DNA from: Candidatus Bathyarchaeota archaeon
Lineage (GTDB): Archaea; Thermoproteota; Bathyarchaeia; Bathyarchaeales; Bathycorpusculaceae
DNA length: 64,000 bases
Assembly: GCA_963815095.1 (NCBI GenBank)
Contig: CAWFFH010000001.1
Span: 96,001 to 160,000, forward strand
Direction: 5' to 3'
Shown: piece by piece, positions 20,626-30,229 of the stretch
Layout: every line of letters begins with the position of its first letter
Numbering within the stretch: the stretch's first letter is position 1
Made by a program: the position numbers and the translations under genes
The notes under the pieces: generated by a model
Seen by the model: only the letters and a program-made list of their open reading frames with translations
What the model was told of the DNA's origin: nothing
Databases searched by the model: none

Positions 20626-22611
20626 TTATTTTTTGTTTCTTCGAAGAGTTTGACTGTTGACTGCCACTAGAACCGTGCTAAGAGACATCAATATCGCTCC
20701 GACCGCGGGATCAATAACAATTCCTAAGCCGGCAAAAACTCCTGCAGCCAAAGGAATAGCAAAAATATTGTAGCCTGCCGCCCACCAAAGGTTTTGAATC
20801 ATCTTCGAATAAGTCCTCTTCGAAAAAGCAATAGTTTTGGGAACGTCCCGAGGATCATTTTTTACAAGGATTATGTCGGCGCTCTCAATTGCAACATCAG
20901 TTCCGGCTCCGATAGCGATACCAACATCTGCAGTAGCCAACGCTGGCGCATCATTGATGCCGTCACCAACCATCGCTACCCTAAAACCCTGATTCTGCAA
21001 CTCTTTTATTTTCTTTGCTTTCTGGTCAGGCAACACCCCAGCAAAAAACGCATCAATCCCTACTATTTCCGCGGCACTCTTTGCAACTTCCTGTGAATCG
21101 CCAGTTAACATGTAAACTTTGATTCCTTGAGTTTTCAAATCTTGCACTGCTGCTTTTGATTCTTCCCGGATTTGATCCGCAAGCCCAAAAACTCCGACAA
21201 GTTTACCATCAACTACCGTGAAAACGGTTGTCTTGCCTGCTTTTTGAAGATCAATCTTTTTAACGTCGTCGCTTTGAATGTTTAGTTCTTCAAGGAGACT
21301 TTGGCTTCCGACATAAACCGTTTTACTGTTGACTTTTGCTTTAGCGCCCTTTCCTGGGATGGCTTCAAAATTTTGGCTTTTGGGTATAGTTATGCCTTTT
21401 TCTTCTACGTATTTAATTATAGCTTTTGCAATGGTGTGTTCCGAATTCTGCTCTACTGCTGCAGTTAAAGTTAAGAGGTCATTCTCTGAAATGAAGGAAA
21501 TCATGTTGCTTACTCCGAATTGACCAGTTGTTAAGGTGCCTGTTTTGTCGAATACAACTGCGTTTACGTCTTTTGCATTTTCGAAAGCTTTTCTATCCCT
21601 GACTAGAATCCCGCTTTTGGCGGTCATAGCAGTAGAAAGCGCTACGACAAGCGGTATCGCCAAGCCCAACGCATGGGGACAGGCAATCACAAGCACGGTG
21701 ACAGTTCGAGTTAAGGCAAACTGAATGTTTCCAAACGATCCCCAAACCAGGAAAGTTACTGCTCCAACGATTACGGCAACGTAGAAGAGCAGTGCGGCTG
21801 CCCGGTTGGCGAGATCTTGGGTTCGGGATTTGCTTTCTTGAGCTTGCCTAACAAGCTTGACCACTTGAGATAGATAAGTTTCTTCGCCAGTGCGCTCAAT
21901 TTTAACTGTTAAGGCACCATCGCCGTTTATTGCCCCGCCGATTACAGTATCTAAAGGCTGTTTAAGCACAGGACGTGATTCACCCGTCAAAAGTGCTTCG
22001 TTAACAAAAGATTCTCCTTCAATTACAACGCTGTCCGATGGTGCTTTCTCGCCCGGACGAATCAAAATGACATCGCCGACTTTTAGTTCAGAAGCCGGCA
22101 TATCCATGATCATTCCATCTTCCACCATATGGGCGGTGGTTGGCATTACTCTCACAAGCTCTTCAAGTGCACGTGAGGCGCCTAGAACGCTTCTTGCTTC
22201 AAGCCAATGTCCAAGCAACATAACATCGATTAAGGTAGCGAGTTCCCAGAAAAAGTCGTTACCCACTGGGAAAAAAACTGTTGCAGCAGAAAAGAAAAAG
22301 GCAACCGAGATTGCGGATCCTATGAGTGTCATCATTCCCGGTTGTCGTGCTCTAAGTTCCTGAATCGATCCCTTGAGGAACGGCCAACCGCCGTATGCAT
22401 ATATGATTAACGATAGAACTAAAAGAACGTACGTTTGATATGGAAACGTTAGATTGTAGTGAAACCATGTTTGAATGGCTTGTGAAAAAATCAAAACTGG
22501 AATTGTGAGAATAAGGCAAACAAAAAATCGGGTTCTTAAGGGTTCTGAATGCATACTATGGTTTGGAAATTGGGGTTTCATCCCCTGCATGCTATGGCCC
22601 TCATGGTTCAT
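20626..22611 (-). CDS. copB: Copper-translocating P1B-type ATPase (CopB-like)
   Basis: His/Met-rich N-terminus, CPH motif, DKTGT, TGES, GDGINDAP, YN and MSLS in the TM helices. Confidence 0.9.
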   Translation of the reverse strand: MNHEGHSMQGMKPQFPNHSMHSEPLRTRFFVCLILTIPVLIFSQAIQTWFHYNLTFPYQTYVLLVLSLIIYAYGGWPFLKGSIQELRARQPGMMTLIGSAISVAFFFSAATVFFPVGNDFFWELATLIDVMLLGHWLEARSVLGASRALEELVRVMPTTAHMVEDGMIMDMPASELKVGDVILIRPGEKAPSDSVVIEGESFVNEALLTGESRPVLKQPLDTVIGGAINGDGALTVKIERTGEETYLSQVVKLVRQAQESKSRTQDLANRAAALLFYVAVIVGAVTFLVWGSFGNIQFALTRTVTVLVIACPHALGLAIPLVVALSTAMTAKSGILVRDRKAFENAKDVNAVVFDKTGTLTTGQFGVSNMISFISENDLLTLTAAVEQNSEHTIAKAIIKYVEEKGITIPKSQNFEAIPGKGAKAKVNSKTVYVGSQSLLEELNIQSDDVKKIDLQKAGKTTVFTVVDGKLVGVFGLADQIREESKAAVQDLKTQGIKVYMLTGDSQEVAKSAAEIVGIDAFFAGVLPDQKAKKIKELQNQGFRVAMVGDGINDAPALATADVGIAIGAGTDVAIESADIILVKNDPRDVPKTIAFSKRTYSKMIQNLWWAAGYNIFAIPLAAGVFAGLGIVIDPAVGAILMSLSTVLVAVNSQTLRRNKK

Positions 22612-22758
22612 ATTTGCTCAAGTCATAATTAGTGCTGTGAAAGAAAAAAGTTACTTAAAAACATCTAAAATTAATGCCAACATCCGAAGCTTATCAGAAG
22701 GTCTAAATTATTGCTCGTTTTTTCTAATGACCGCATAAAACTGTTTTGGGTTTTTGAT

Positions 22759-22848
22759 GAATCCCCGGTTAACTTGGCGCAAACGCGAAGTTTTGGAAGA
22801 GAGAGGGGAACATAACTTTGTCGCTGGCGTTATGTTAACCGGTGATTC
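22759..22848. repeat. Intergenic inverted repeat (14/15-bp arms) with a nested 8-bp hairpin
   Basis: GAATCCCCGGTTAAC (22759-22773) / GTTAACCGGTGATTC (22834-22848); AACATAAC (22809-22816) / GTTATGTT (22829-22836). Confidence 0.8.
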
Positions 22849-22953
22849 TTCGACGCTTCGGATTATCTCGTCCTACGCCGTTTAATATTCAATGGTATTT
22901 GGATAATAAAAATTAATGTGGGTGTAGCGTTACAACAACAACTTATCTGATTT

Positions 22954-23625
22954 TCAACGTTTTTTTGAGGGTTTTTGTTTTTCTTTACTTGTTTTCCTGG
23001 GTTTAAACATTACCGCGGCTTTCTTTAAGTCTAGAGGTGTGATTACCCTGAAGAACGACTTTAAGTCGGGATCTAACTGTTCAATGACCAGCATAGACAT
23101 GTAACGTACTCCACGCATCTTCTCAACCATTGTCTGCATGTCGAGTTGGTTTTCCTCTAACGTTTCTTTTGCAGCTTTCAAGGCTTGTTTTGTGTTGTAA
23201 ACAGCGTGTATGGGTTCAATATCTTGGTTTGTATATCGTGGAACAGTAGCTGCTTTACCAAGACCGCAGTCAAAGAGCAAAGACAAAACTTCTTGGGAAA
23301 CAAACGGGCTATCAAACGGTAAAAGTGCGGAATATTCTCCACTAGCTGCCTCAAAACCAGTTAAAGCTCCAACCAAAGGCCATTTAGATTCACGATCTTC
23401 AACAACAAACCTGACTGTTGGCGCAAGCAGTTTTGAATATTTGTCTGCGCTCTCTTGAGAGGTCGTTACTACGATAATTTCGTCTACAAGACCTTTCACG
23501 GTATCAACTGCACGGCTAATTAATGATTTACCTTCCAGTTCTACAATGCCTTTATCGCAATTGAACTTGTTTGAGGAACTGTCTGCCAGAATAATCGCTG
23601 ACTTATTCAACAATTGCATCTCCAA
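22954..23625 (-). CDS. MobA-like NTP transferase (molybdenum cofactor guanylyltransferase family), degenerate signature
   Basis: DKGIVEL.GK.LI, PLVGALTG, LPFDSPF, EPIHAVY. The LAGGxSxR motif is replaced by LADSSSNK. Confidence 0.75.
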   Translation of the reverse strand: MEMQLLNKSAIILADSSSNKFNCDKGIVELEGKSLISRAVDTVKGLVDEIIVVTTSQESADKYSKLLAPTVRFVVEDRESKWPLVGALTGFEAASGEYSALLPFDSPFVSQEVLSLLFDCGLGKAATVPRYTNQDIEPIHAVYNTKQALKAAKETLEENQLDMQTMVEKMRGVRYMSMLVIEQLDPDLKSFFRVITPLDLKKAAVMFKPRKTSKEKQKPSKKR

Positions 23626-23690
23626 TTAGGAAATTCTAGCACGTGCAGTATTGTTTAAGCTTTTTCGTTAAGAAAATAAAAGAAAATAGG

Positions 23691-24470
23691 CTAGTTCACT
23701 TCGTTGGTCTCTATCTTTCTTGCCATCTCAGCGAGTATCTTGGTGAAGGGGTGGTCGGGTTTATCCTGAACGAAAATCAGGTTTCCTTCGGCTCTGAGGA
23801 TTTCGCAGAAACATGGCACCATACCCAGCATTGGAACTTGATAGTCAGCTTTGATTTTATTTTGCATCTCAGTTTTTTTAGCAGTAGCTCCCGCATCTAG
23901 CACCTTGTTTAGCACTAAACCTGTTTTCTTCTCGAAAAGGTTGTAGAGTTCTTGGAGCATTCGTTTTGTTCCGTCTACGTCTGATCGGTCGCCCGTTGTT
24001 GCGACAACCACAAAATCAGCAGCTACGATTGCGTTAATTGAGGAGTATTGTAATCCTGGACTTGTGTCAAAAATTAAATAGTCAAATTTCTGGTCTTTAA
24101 GCAATGTGTCCTTGAGTGCCAGAAGTCGACCTAAGGCACGCATTTCCCACTTGCGGTCTTTTGAGGATACGTCGCGGATTGCTTCTGTAGCTGGGTTTGC
24201 TAAGCAAGCGTAGAACTTGCCGCTTCCTGGTATTCTGCTGCTTAAATCTATGAGGGTTTTGTTGATTTCGCATGTGTTGTTTAGGTAATCGTTGAGCCAG
24301 AAATCTGCATTAGGAGTTTTGAGGATGGCAAACAAGCTTGGGGCTCGAAAGTCAAGGTCAAAAATGGCGACTTTCTTTCCATTTTTGGCGAAGGTTGCTG
24401 CTAAATTGACTGAAAGCAGGGTTTTTCCTGTTCCGCCTTTGTATGAGTGTACTGCGATTATTTTGCTCAT
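23691..24470 (-). CDS. MinD/ParA family ATPase
   Basis: Deviant Walker A HSYKGGTGKT, DLDFRAP, DTSPG, LNKV. Confidence 0.9.
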   Translation of the reverse strand: MSKIIAVHSYKGGTGKTLLSVNLAATFAKNGKKVAIFDLDFRAPSLFAILKTPNADFWLNDYLNNTCEINKTLIDLSSRIPGSGKFYACLANPATEAIRDVSSKDRKWEMRALGRLLALKDTLLKDQKFDYLIFDTSPGLQYSSINAIVAADFVVVATTGDRSDVDGTKRMLQELYNLFEKKTGLVLNKVLDAGATAKKTEMQNKIKADYQVPMLGMVPCFCEILRAEGNLIFVQDKPDHPFTKILAEMARKIETNEVN

Positions 24471-24475
24471 GTCTT

Positions 24476-24868
24476 TCAACTCTGTGTCTCTCTTTCTATG
24501 AAGAAATAGGCTTTGCGGCCATTACGTTCTTTCTTTAGGTAGCCCATAATGACTAGTTGGTTGAGGTAAGCGCTTTCTACTGCTCGGGCACGTTTAGTTT
24601 GATCTGAAATTTCTTCAGCTGTAGCTTTTGTTAGCCTGCAAATTGTCATAGCTGTCTTTCTTAGGTGATCAGGCATCGATAGAAGAGTCATAACATCCAA
24701 AGATGCATCGGGTAATGCTAATGATGTTTTTTGGTTATTGGGGTTGCCGTTGCTGTTCTTTTGGATTTCAATCATGATTTCTATTTTGTCGTTTAGTTTC
24801 TCGAGGCTTTCTTCTATCTTTTCTAAGATGTTTAAGGGTTTTTTATTTGATAGTTCGTTTCTAATCAC
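24476..24868 (-). CDS. Coiled-coil + winged-HTH DNA-binding protein
   Basis: N-terminal coiled coil; ATAEEISDQTKRARAVESAYLNQLVIMGYLKKERNGRKAYF wHTH. Confidence 0.8.
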   Translation of the reverse strand: MIRNELSNKKPLNILEKIEESLEKLNDKIEIMIEIQKNSNGNPNNQKTSLALPDASLDVMTLLSMPDHLRKTAMTICRLTKATAEEISDQTKRARAVESAYLNQLVIMGYLKKERNGRKAYFFIERETQS

Positions 24869-25061
24869 ACGTTATCCCCGAGTTATTTTTCATCTGTACA
24901 GTTTGATAATTTAAGGAAGTGGAGTTTATTAAGTCTTGCGAAACTTGAGTACTTATTTGAACTACATAAAAAAAAGCGATAAAACATTGCTGGCATTACT
25001 AAAAAAGAAAAAATTAATTGAAGACTATTTGAGGGGGTTTAAAGGGATTAAAACTGGGAAT

Positions 25062-25382
25062 TTAGTAGGGAATAGGAGTTTGACTTCTTGCTTCCTCTAC
25101 TATAGGTAAGACTTGTTTTAATTCCTTGAAGTATTTCAGTACTGTTATTCCTCGTTGTGTAACAACGAAAACTACGCGAGCTTTACCCACGGTACGCTCT
25201 TCAACTAGACCCTGCTTTATGAGGAAGTCTAAGTATTCTTTGAGGACACTACAGTTAACGTTTGCTTTGTACATGACATGTGTTAGCTTTAGGGGTCCTC
25301 GGTGGGCAAGCACTGTCAAGATGTCGACGTACATTTCAAGTTTTGATCTACGCACTTTCATATTCCTCTTTTTTTTATTCAA
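25062..25382 (-). CDS. Winged-HTH transcription regulator (archaeal RRSKLE / HTH_45 type)
   Basis: RRSKLEMYVDIL, THVMYKANVN, YLDFLIKQGLV, VTQRG. Confidence 0.85.
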   Translation of the reverse strand: MNKKKRNMKVRRSKLEMYVDILTVLAHRGPLKLTHVMYKANVNCSVLKEYLDFLIKQGLVEERTVGKARVVFVVTQRGITVLKYFKELKQVLPIVEEARSQTPIPY

Positions 25383-25444
25383 TGCTCCGTTTTATTATAA
25401 AACATTTATGTATTAATAATCAGTGTATTTGTCCATATCAGCGG

Positions 25445-25678
25445 TTAATTGGCTGTTTTCCTAGCAACATTGTTTAACACATTTAATCTATTTTCGAAGG
25501 CTGTAACCAAGTCATCTAGTAGTATTTCACGCAATTCTGTCGACAATCCGTTGATTTTCTCATCGAAGGCATTGGCTAATTTTGCTTCTAATTCTTTTCT
25601 ATCTTTATCCGCCATTAGCTTCATACAATTTGCTCCAATTTCTGATGACAATGAGATAGTTGAAGGTATATAACTCAC
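25445..25678 (-). CDS. Small helical hypothetical protein (start may be the internal ATG)
   Basis: ORF with amphipathic LSTELREILLDDLVTAFENRL; same orientation as the HTH/MinD cluster. Confidence 0.55.
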   Translation of the reverse strand: MSYIPSTISLSSEIGANCMKLMADKDRKELEAKLANAFDEKINGLSTELREILLDDLVTAFENRLNVLNNVARKTAN

Positions 25679-26130
25679 TTATGAATGCAACATATGAATC
25701 GATAATCGATAATCGAAATCAAACTTCGTCCTGGAGATATTTAATCGTGCTTGCCTTGACCTGTTTCTTTCCGTTGTCACTTTTTTGTGGTTCATTGGCG
25801 AAACGGTTTACAGTTTCTGGGTGGAATTTCGTTGATTGTTAAAATTTAAAGGTGCGGCAGTTATAATAATTTTTATATAACCCATAGGGGGTGGATTTAG
25901 ATTAAAGAGCAATATTTCGTCTCGTTATTGTCAATTCTAATTTTTCGAAAATGAATATGATTTATGTGTTTTTGTTTGATACAGCAATCGCTGTCTGTTT
26001 ATGTGAATTTTTATTAAGTAGTTGTTGTTTGTTTACAATCACAAACAAATTTAAGCAGCATTTGTCTTTTTTAAATATGAAAAGTGTTAGATCAGAAATT
26101 CAATTGTATCTTTTTTGAAGGTTTTTTTTA

Positions 26131-26349
26131 GTGTTTAACTCTTTTAAAGAGAAATCGTGGAGTGTTATGCTCCTGAAAGGATACGTTTCTAACGATCAGG
26201 TTCGTGCGGAGCGGTGCGAAAACTGTAAATCAAGAACAGAAGTCTTAACCGCAAATTACAACAACCCCAACCTCCTGCTATATGGTTGCAAGGACAGCAA
26301 ATGCCGACATAGGTTTCTAAGATTGGATTTTGATTCCGCAGCCTTCTAA
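26131..26349 (+). CDS. Small zinc-ribbon hypothetical protein
   Basis: CENC...CKDSKCRH. Confidence 0.45.
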   Translation: MFNSFKEKSWSVMLLKGYVSNDQVRAERCENCKSRTEVLTANYNNPNLLLYGCKDSKCRHRFLRLDFDSAAF

Positions 26350-26612
26350 GAAAGAAACCTTAAGAGCATAAACTATACCTGAAACTGACTCGGAAAATTT
26401 CTTCTTAAAGATTTTCTTACTCATGATTATTTAGGTAAAACTAAGAGAAAAACTAATCTGTTAACGTTGCTTTTATGAGGTATAGAACATAAATTTTCAC
26501 TGTTCCTTTCTGCTTTTAAAAAATAATTACATTTTTGAAGGCTAAGAAAGCAAACAATAAATAATGTTTAGTACTGGATTTAAGTTAGAGCTACTTTTGG
26601 ATGGTGCAGGTA

Positions 26613-27356
26613 ATGGAAAAAAAAGTTGGGGACGATTTTCAATCTGAATCAAAGTACAATCGTAACAAAAGAATGGGCGGCAACTTGGATTGGGTAAACA
26701 AACCAGAAATTTACAAAGACTATCCATCCAGCAAAACTATTCAATTACCAAACCAGTTTCAAGAATCAATGATTAGTTTTAACAATATTCTTCAAAAACG
26801 TAAGAGTATCCGTTCTTTCTCGAGTGAGCCGTTGAGCAAGGTTGATTTGGCTTTTCTTCTTTGGGCATCCACCGGTATTCAAAGAACTGAACACAATTAT
26901 GAGTTTCGCACAACTCCCTCGGCTGGAGCATTGTATCCAATCGAGACTTACATAACTATTAACGATGTGCAAGATGTGGAACAAGGTATCTATCACTATA
27001 ACATAAAGAATCATTCATTAGAAGAAATAAAAATTGGAAATTTTGGAGCCAGATTAGCTCATGCAGCCTTGGACCAAGAGATGTGTGCAGACTCATCAGT
27101 TGTCTTCATCTGGACAGCTGTTTTCGGGAGGTCAAAGTGGAAATACTCGCAGAGAGCCTACAGATACATCTATTTAGATGCAGGGCACATTGCACAAAAT
27201 TTGGCGTTAGCGTCAACCAGTATTGGTTGTGGGTCCTGTGAAATTGGGGCTTTCTTTGATGATGAAATTAATTCATTAGTAGGGATAGATGGAACGGAAG
27301 AGAGCGCAATTTGTCTTAATGTAGTTGGTCATCCTAATCGGCCAAACAACAAATAA
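26613..27356 (+). CDS. SagB/ThcOx family nitroreductase-fold dehydrogenase
   Basis: RKSIRSF, RTTPSAGALYPIE, KYSQRAYRY, LDAGHIAQN, GAFFDD. Confidence 0.9.
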   Translation: MEKKVGDDFQSESKYNRNKRMGGNLDWVNKPEIYKDYPSSKTIQLPNQFQESMISFNNILQKRKSIRSFSSEPLSKVDLAFLLWASTGIQRTEHNYEFRTTPSAGALYPIETYITINDVQDVEQGIYHYNIKNHSLEEIKIGNFGARLAHAALDQEMCADSSVVFIWTAVFGRSKWKYSQRAYRYIYLDAGHIAQNLALASTSIGCGSCEIGAFFDDEINSLVGIDGTEESAICLNVVGHPNRPNNK

Positions 27357-27416
27357 TGACTTAAAATAGATAAAGAAGAGCTATGGATCCTGCCAATCAG
27401 AAGTTAAAATATTCCT

Positions 27417-27464
27417 AAAATGCCTTTAGTGATCTTCTCTTAAAAAAGAAGTTAAAGGCATTTT
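27417..27464. terminator. Perfect 12-bp inverted repeat between convergent genes, probable terminator
   Basis: AAAATGCCTTTA (27417-27428) / TAAAGGCATTTT (27453-27464). Confidence 0.5.
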
Positions 27465-27580
27465 GATAATGAATTTTATTCCTTTACTTGTTTCCGCCAT
27501 CTTCAGTTATGGTCCTTCATAGACATCTATCATTTTCTTAGAAAGGAATAATCCAAAACCTGTGCTCCGATCTGTGCTTC
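27452..27580 (-). pseudogene. Remnant of a sensor histidine kinase HATPase_c C-terminus
   Basis: STGFGLFLSKKMIDVYEG (G2 box), followed in a shifted frame by KGIKFIIKMP. Confidence 0.55.
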
Positions 27581-27772
27581 GAGTCCGATTGTTGTCCCTG
27601 ATCTAACTTGCTTCTTGTGGATTATTGATGGCTATCATTGTCCTCCGTTACAATTATTTAGCCCCGATAGTAAATGCCTTAAGATTTAAAGTCGAACTCT
27701 TATAGAAAAGTCTCATAGAGTAATAACTATAGTTTATTAGGAAGTTTTTAGAATAATGCGTTACGCTCAAAG

Positions 27773-27849
27773 GCGGTAATAGTACAGCTTGGTCAGTACA
27801 TAGGCTTGCCAAGTCTAGGACCCGGGTTCAAATCCCGGTTACCGCACCA
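27773..27849 (+). tRNA. tRNA-Gly (GCC), intronless, CCA encoded
   Basis: Acceptor GCGGTAA/TTACCGC-ACCA, anticodon arm TAGGC-TTGCCAA-GTCTA, T arm CCGGG-TTCAAAT-CCCGG. Confidence 0.96.
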
Positions 27850-28404
27850 ATCTTCCAATTCAATTCCTCATCTTATTCTTCTTTCAGATAATCGTTATAA
27901 GTTACAAGAAAGCAGCCAATGCACAACCAAAAAGAAATCTTGGAATTCAGGTATGAAACGCCTCGAGGTCTTTGTATCTAAGAAATTAAACAATTGCTTA
28001 AGGACATGCTGAAAAGCGCGCATATTTTAGCAGGGGCGAAGCTGTAACTGACACCGTCATGCGAGAATTACGGTCTGCGGGCTTTCGTCTATAAGTAAAG
28101 AACATAATTTTTTCCGTAGTAATATTTTAACCACTGCTTTTTCACTACATCAATTGCGAAGTTATGGTTTCACTTTTCTGTCTGGCGCAAGGGTCTTGCG
28201 GTTCTTGAAACGGAAAAAAAAGCATCACGAAACATTAGTCTCGTTAATCTTCTAAAAAAAATGCCTTTTCGTAGTAGCGGCTTTCCTTGTGGACTTGCTA
28301 TCTAGAAGCAAAGTTTGACCACTGCGAAACTGTGTTTTCGCTATACGGATTCCTCAACAAACCTTTTAACTACTACCTTTGAAAGGAAACCAATGGTGTG
28401 AGTA

Positions 28405-28836
28405 ATGATGAGCAATGATTTCTCAGAAGACCCTAATGCCCCCTATTTCGGTCAAAGATGTTTTGGGCTTCTTTTTTCTGTTTGGCGTTCACCGCAATGG
28501 ATTTTAGATTTATCTCATTCGATCGAAGAAAAAATAGGTGGCGCTCTTCTTTGCGGTGATGGCCCACTTCAGATTATACGGGAAGGAAAACAGCCTATTT
28601 GTATGATTTACTTAGGTAGTCGTGTTATCGGAGTTGCGAGACTATTGGGTGTAGAAGTCAATTCGGCTATAAAATATGTTCCTGCAGAAGGCAATTTAAA
28701 AATGCCCTGTTGCTTAGTGCTTGGTAGCTTTGACTGTCAAATACTCCGTGAGATTAAACTCGCTTTTCCGCATGCTTTCAAAGACAATCCAAGTTGGAGA
28801 ATAATTCGCTTCAAGCAAATTTCCGACTCAACATAG
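28405..28836 (+). CDS. Hypothetical protein
   Basis: 143-aa ORF with GGTG RBS-like site; no motif recognised. Confidence 0.55.
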   Translation: MMSNDFSEDPNAPYFGQRCFGLLFSVWRSPQWILDLSHSIEEKIGGALLCGDGPLQIIREGKQPICMIYLGSRVIGVARLLGVEVNSAIKYVPAEGNLKMPCCLVLGSFDCQILREIKLAFPHAFKDNPSWRIIRFKQISDST

Positions 28837-29118
28837 TTTTAGCACCGTGTTGTTGTGACTTATGGTAACCGAAGCTTTGAACTGCACGTCTAGGTCTCGA
28901 TTACCGAACTCGCATAATTTCAATTTAATGCTTTATCTACCAAATTCGTTGTGTCTCCGAAGTAAAAAGTGTAAGAATGAATGAAGTTAACGCTATCTTT
29001 GTTGTTTTAACCTATTTGAAATGGCATTCTCTTAGATTACTTCTCTTTACAGATTTCATTAATAAAATTGGCGCGTTGCATCACTGATAAATACAACTTT
29101 TATAATAATGAGTAATAG

Positions 29119-30069
29119 ATGCTAGTTCTTAAACGAAGTAAAATAATGTCGTTGATTGCGCTATTAATCACAGTCATATTGATTATTTCAGTAGTGTTCA
29201 TTATTCAATATTATCCGAAGCCTACGACTGGTCCACATGCTTCCTCGACACCTGTTCCTTCTTCTCATCCAACCCCCACAACCAATCCAACATCAACTCC
29301 AAAGTCCAGTTCTACAGCCACTCCACAACCCACACGAGCTCCTTATCTATTCCCAAGCGAAGTAACTAATTATCAGAACCAAACCCTAACTACGGTTAGT
29401 GCTTACATCGACTTAATTATTGCACATCCGGATGTTGCCATCGCTGGAATACAGCATGTAGATCAAGCAACATACCACTTAGCAATTACTGGTATGGTAA
29501 ATAATCCAATAAATTATACCTACAATGAAGTCGTCAACAACTTCAATTCAACCTTGCAAGTGGCTACGTTACCGTGTGTCGAAGGATGGAGTGCAACCTT
29601 GCTCTGGCAAGGCATCCCGATAAGTGACCTTCTCCAGCAACAGGGTGTGGGTCCAAATGCAAACACACTTATTTTCTTGGCAGCCGACGGCTACACAACT
29701 TCGCTACCCTTGAGCTACGTGAACGAGAATAACATTATGATAGCCTACAAAATGAACAACGTTACCCTTACACCCCAAACCGGATTTCCATTCTTTTTGG
29801 TAGCTAAAAACCAATATGGATACAAATGGATAGAGTGGCTAACAGAAATCAATGTATCCAGCGATTCAAACTATCTTGGATTCTGGGAAAGTCGAGGTTA
29901 CCCAAACAACGCAACAGTTCTTGGCTCCGCACAACCCATAGGCAGTGCTCAACTCATCCTTCCAGCGGTCGCCATTTCAGTTGCATCCGTGGCTATTGGG
30001 GCGGCCGTAATTGTTTCTCGGCGCCAAGTAAAGAATAAGCAAAAATTAATCACGATCGCGGTACATTGA
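29119..30069 (+). CDS. Molybdopterin-dependent oxidoreductase (sulfite oxidase/MsrP-like) with N- and C-terminal TM and a P/T/S linker
   Basis: LPCVEGWS (Mo-ligand Cys), DGYTTSLPL, GFPF, YGYKWIEW, GFWESRGY. Confidence 0.88.
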   Translation: MLVLKRSKIMSLIALLITVILIISVVFIIQYYPKPTTGPHASSTPVPSSHPTPTTNPTSTPKSSSTATPQPTRAPYLFPSEVTNYQNQTLTTVSAYIDLIIAHPDVAIAGIQHVDQATYHLAITGMVNNPINYTYNEVVNNFNSTLQVATLPCVEGWSATLLWQGIPISDLLQQQGVGPNANTLIFLAADGYTTSLPLSYVNENNIMIAYKMNNVTLTPQTGFPFFLVAKNQYGYKWIEWLTEINVSSDSNYLGFWESRGYPNNATVLGSAQPIGSAQLILPAVAISVASVAIGAAVIVSRRQVKNKQKLITIAVH

Positions 30070-30139
30070 GCAATGTTCGTCGAAAGCACCATTTTTTAAT
30101 GAAATTTAGATTTACTGTTTTGTTGTTGATTAAGTACAG

Positions 30140-30155
30140 TCACAATAGTATATGT
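30140..30155 (+). promoter_or_regulatory. 16-bp motif TCACAATAGTATATGT, shared with 50529-50544
   Basis: Exact copy, reverse-complemented, upstream of the small Cys protein gene at 50495. Confidence 0.6.
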
Positions 30156-30229
30156 AGTCTTGTTCCTTCTCACCTATTACCAAGCAATCGGCATAACAGT
30201 TGCTCAATTATTTCTTAGAAGGAAAAATT

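Noticed and set aside
26613-27356. RiPP (thiazole/oxazole) biosynthetic cluster around the SagB-like gene
   Set aside because: No YcaO, precursor peptide or transporter adjacent; standalone SagB-type nitroreductases are common in archaea.
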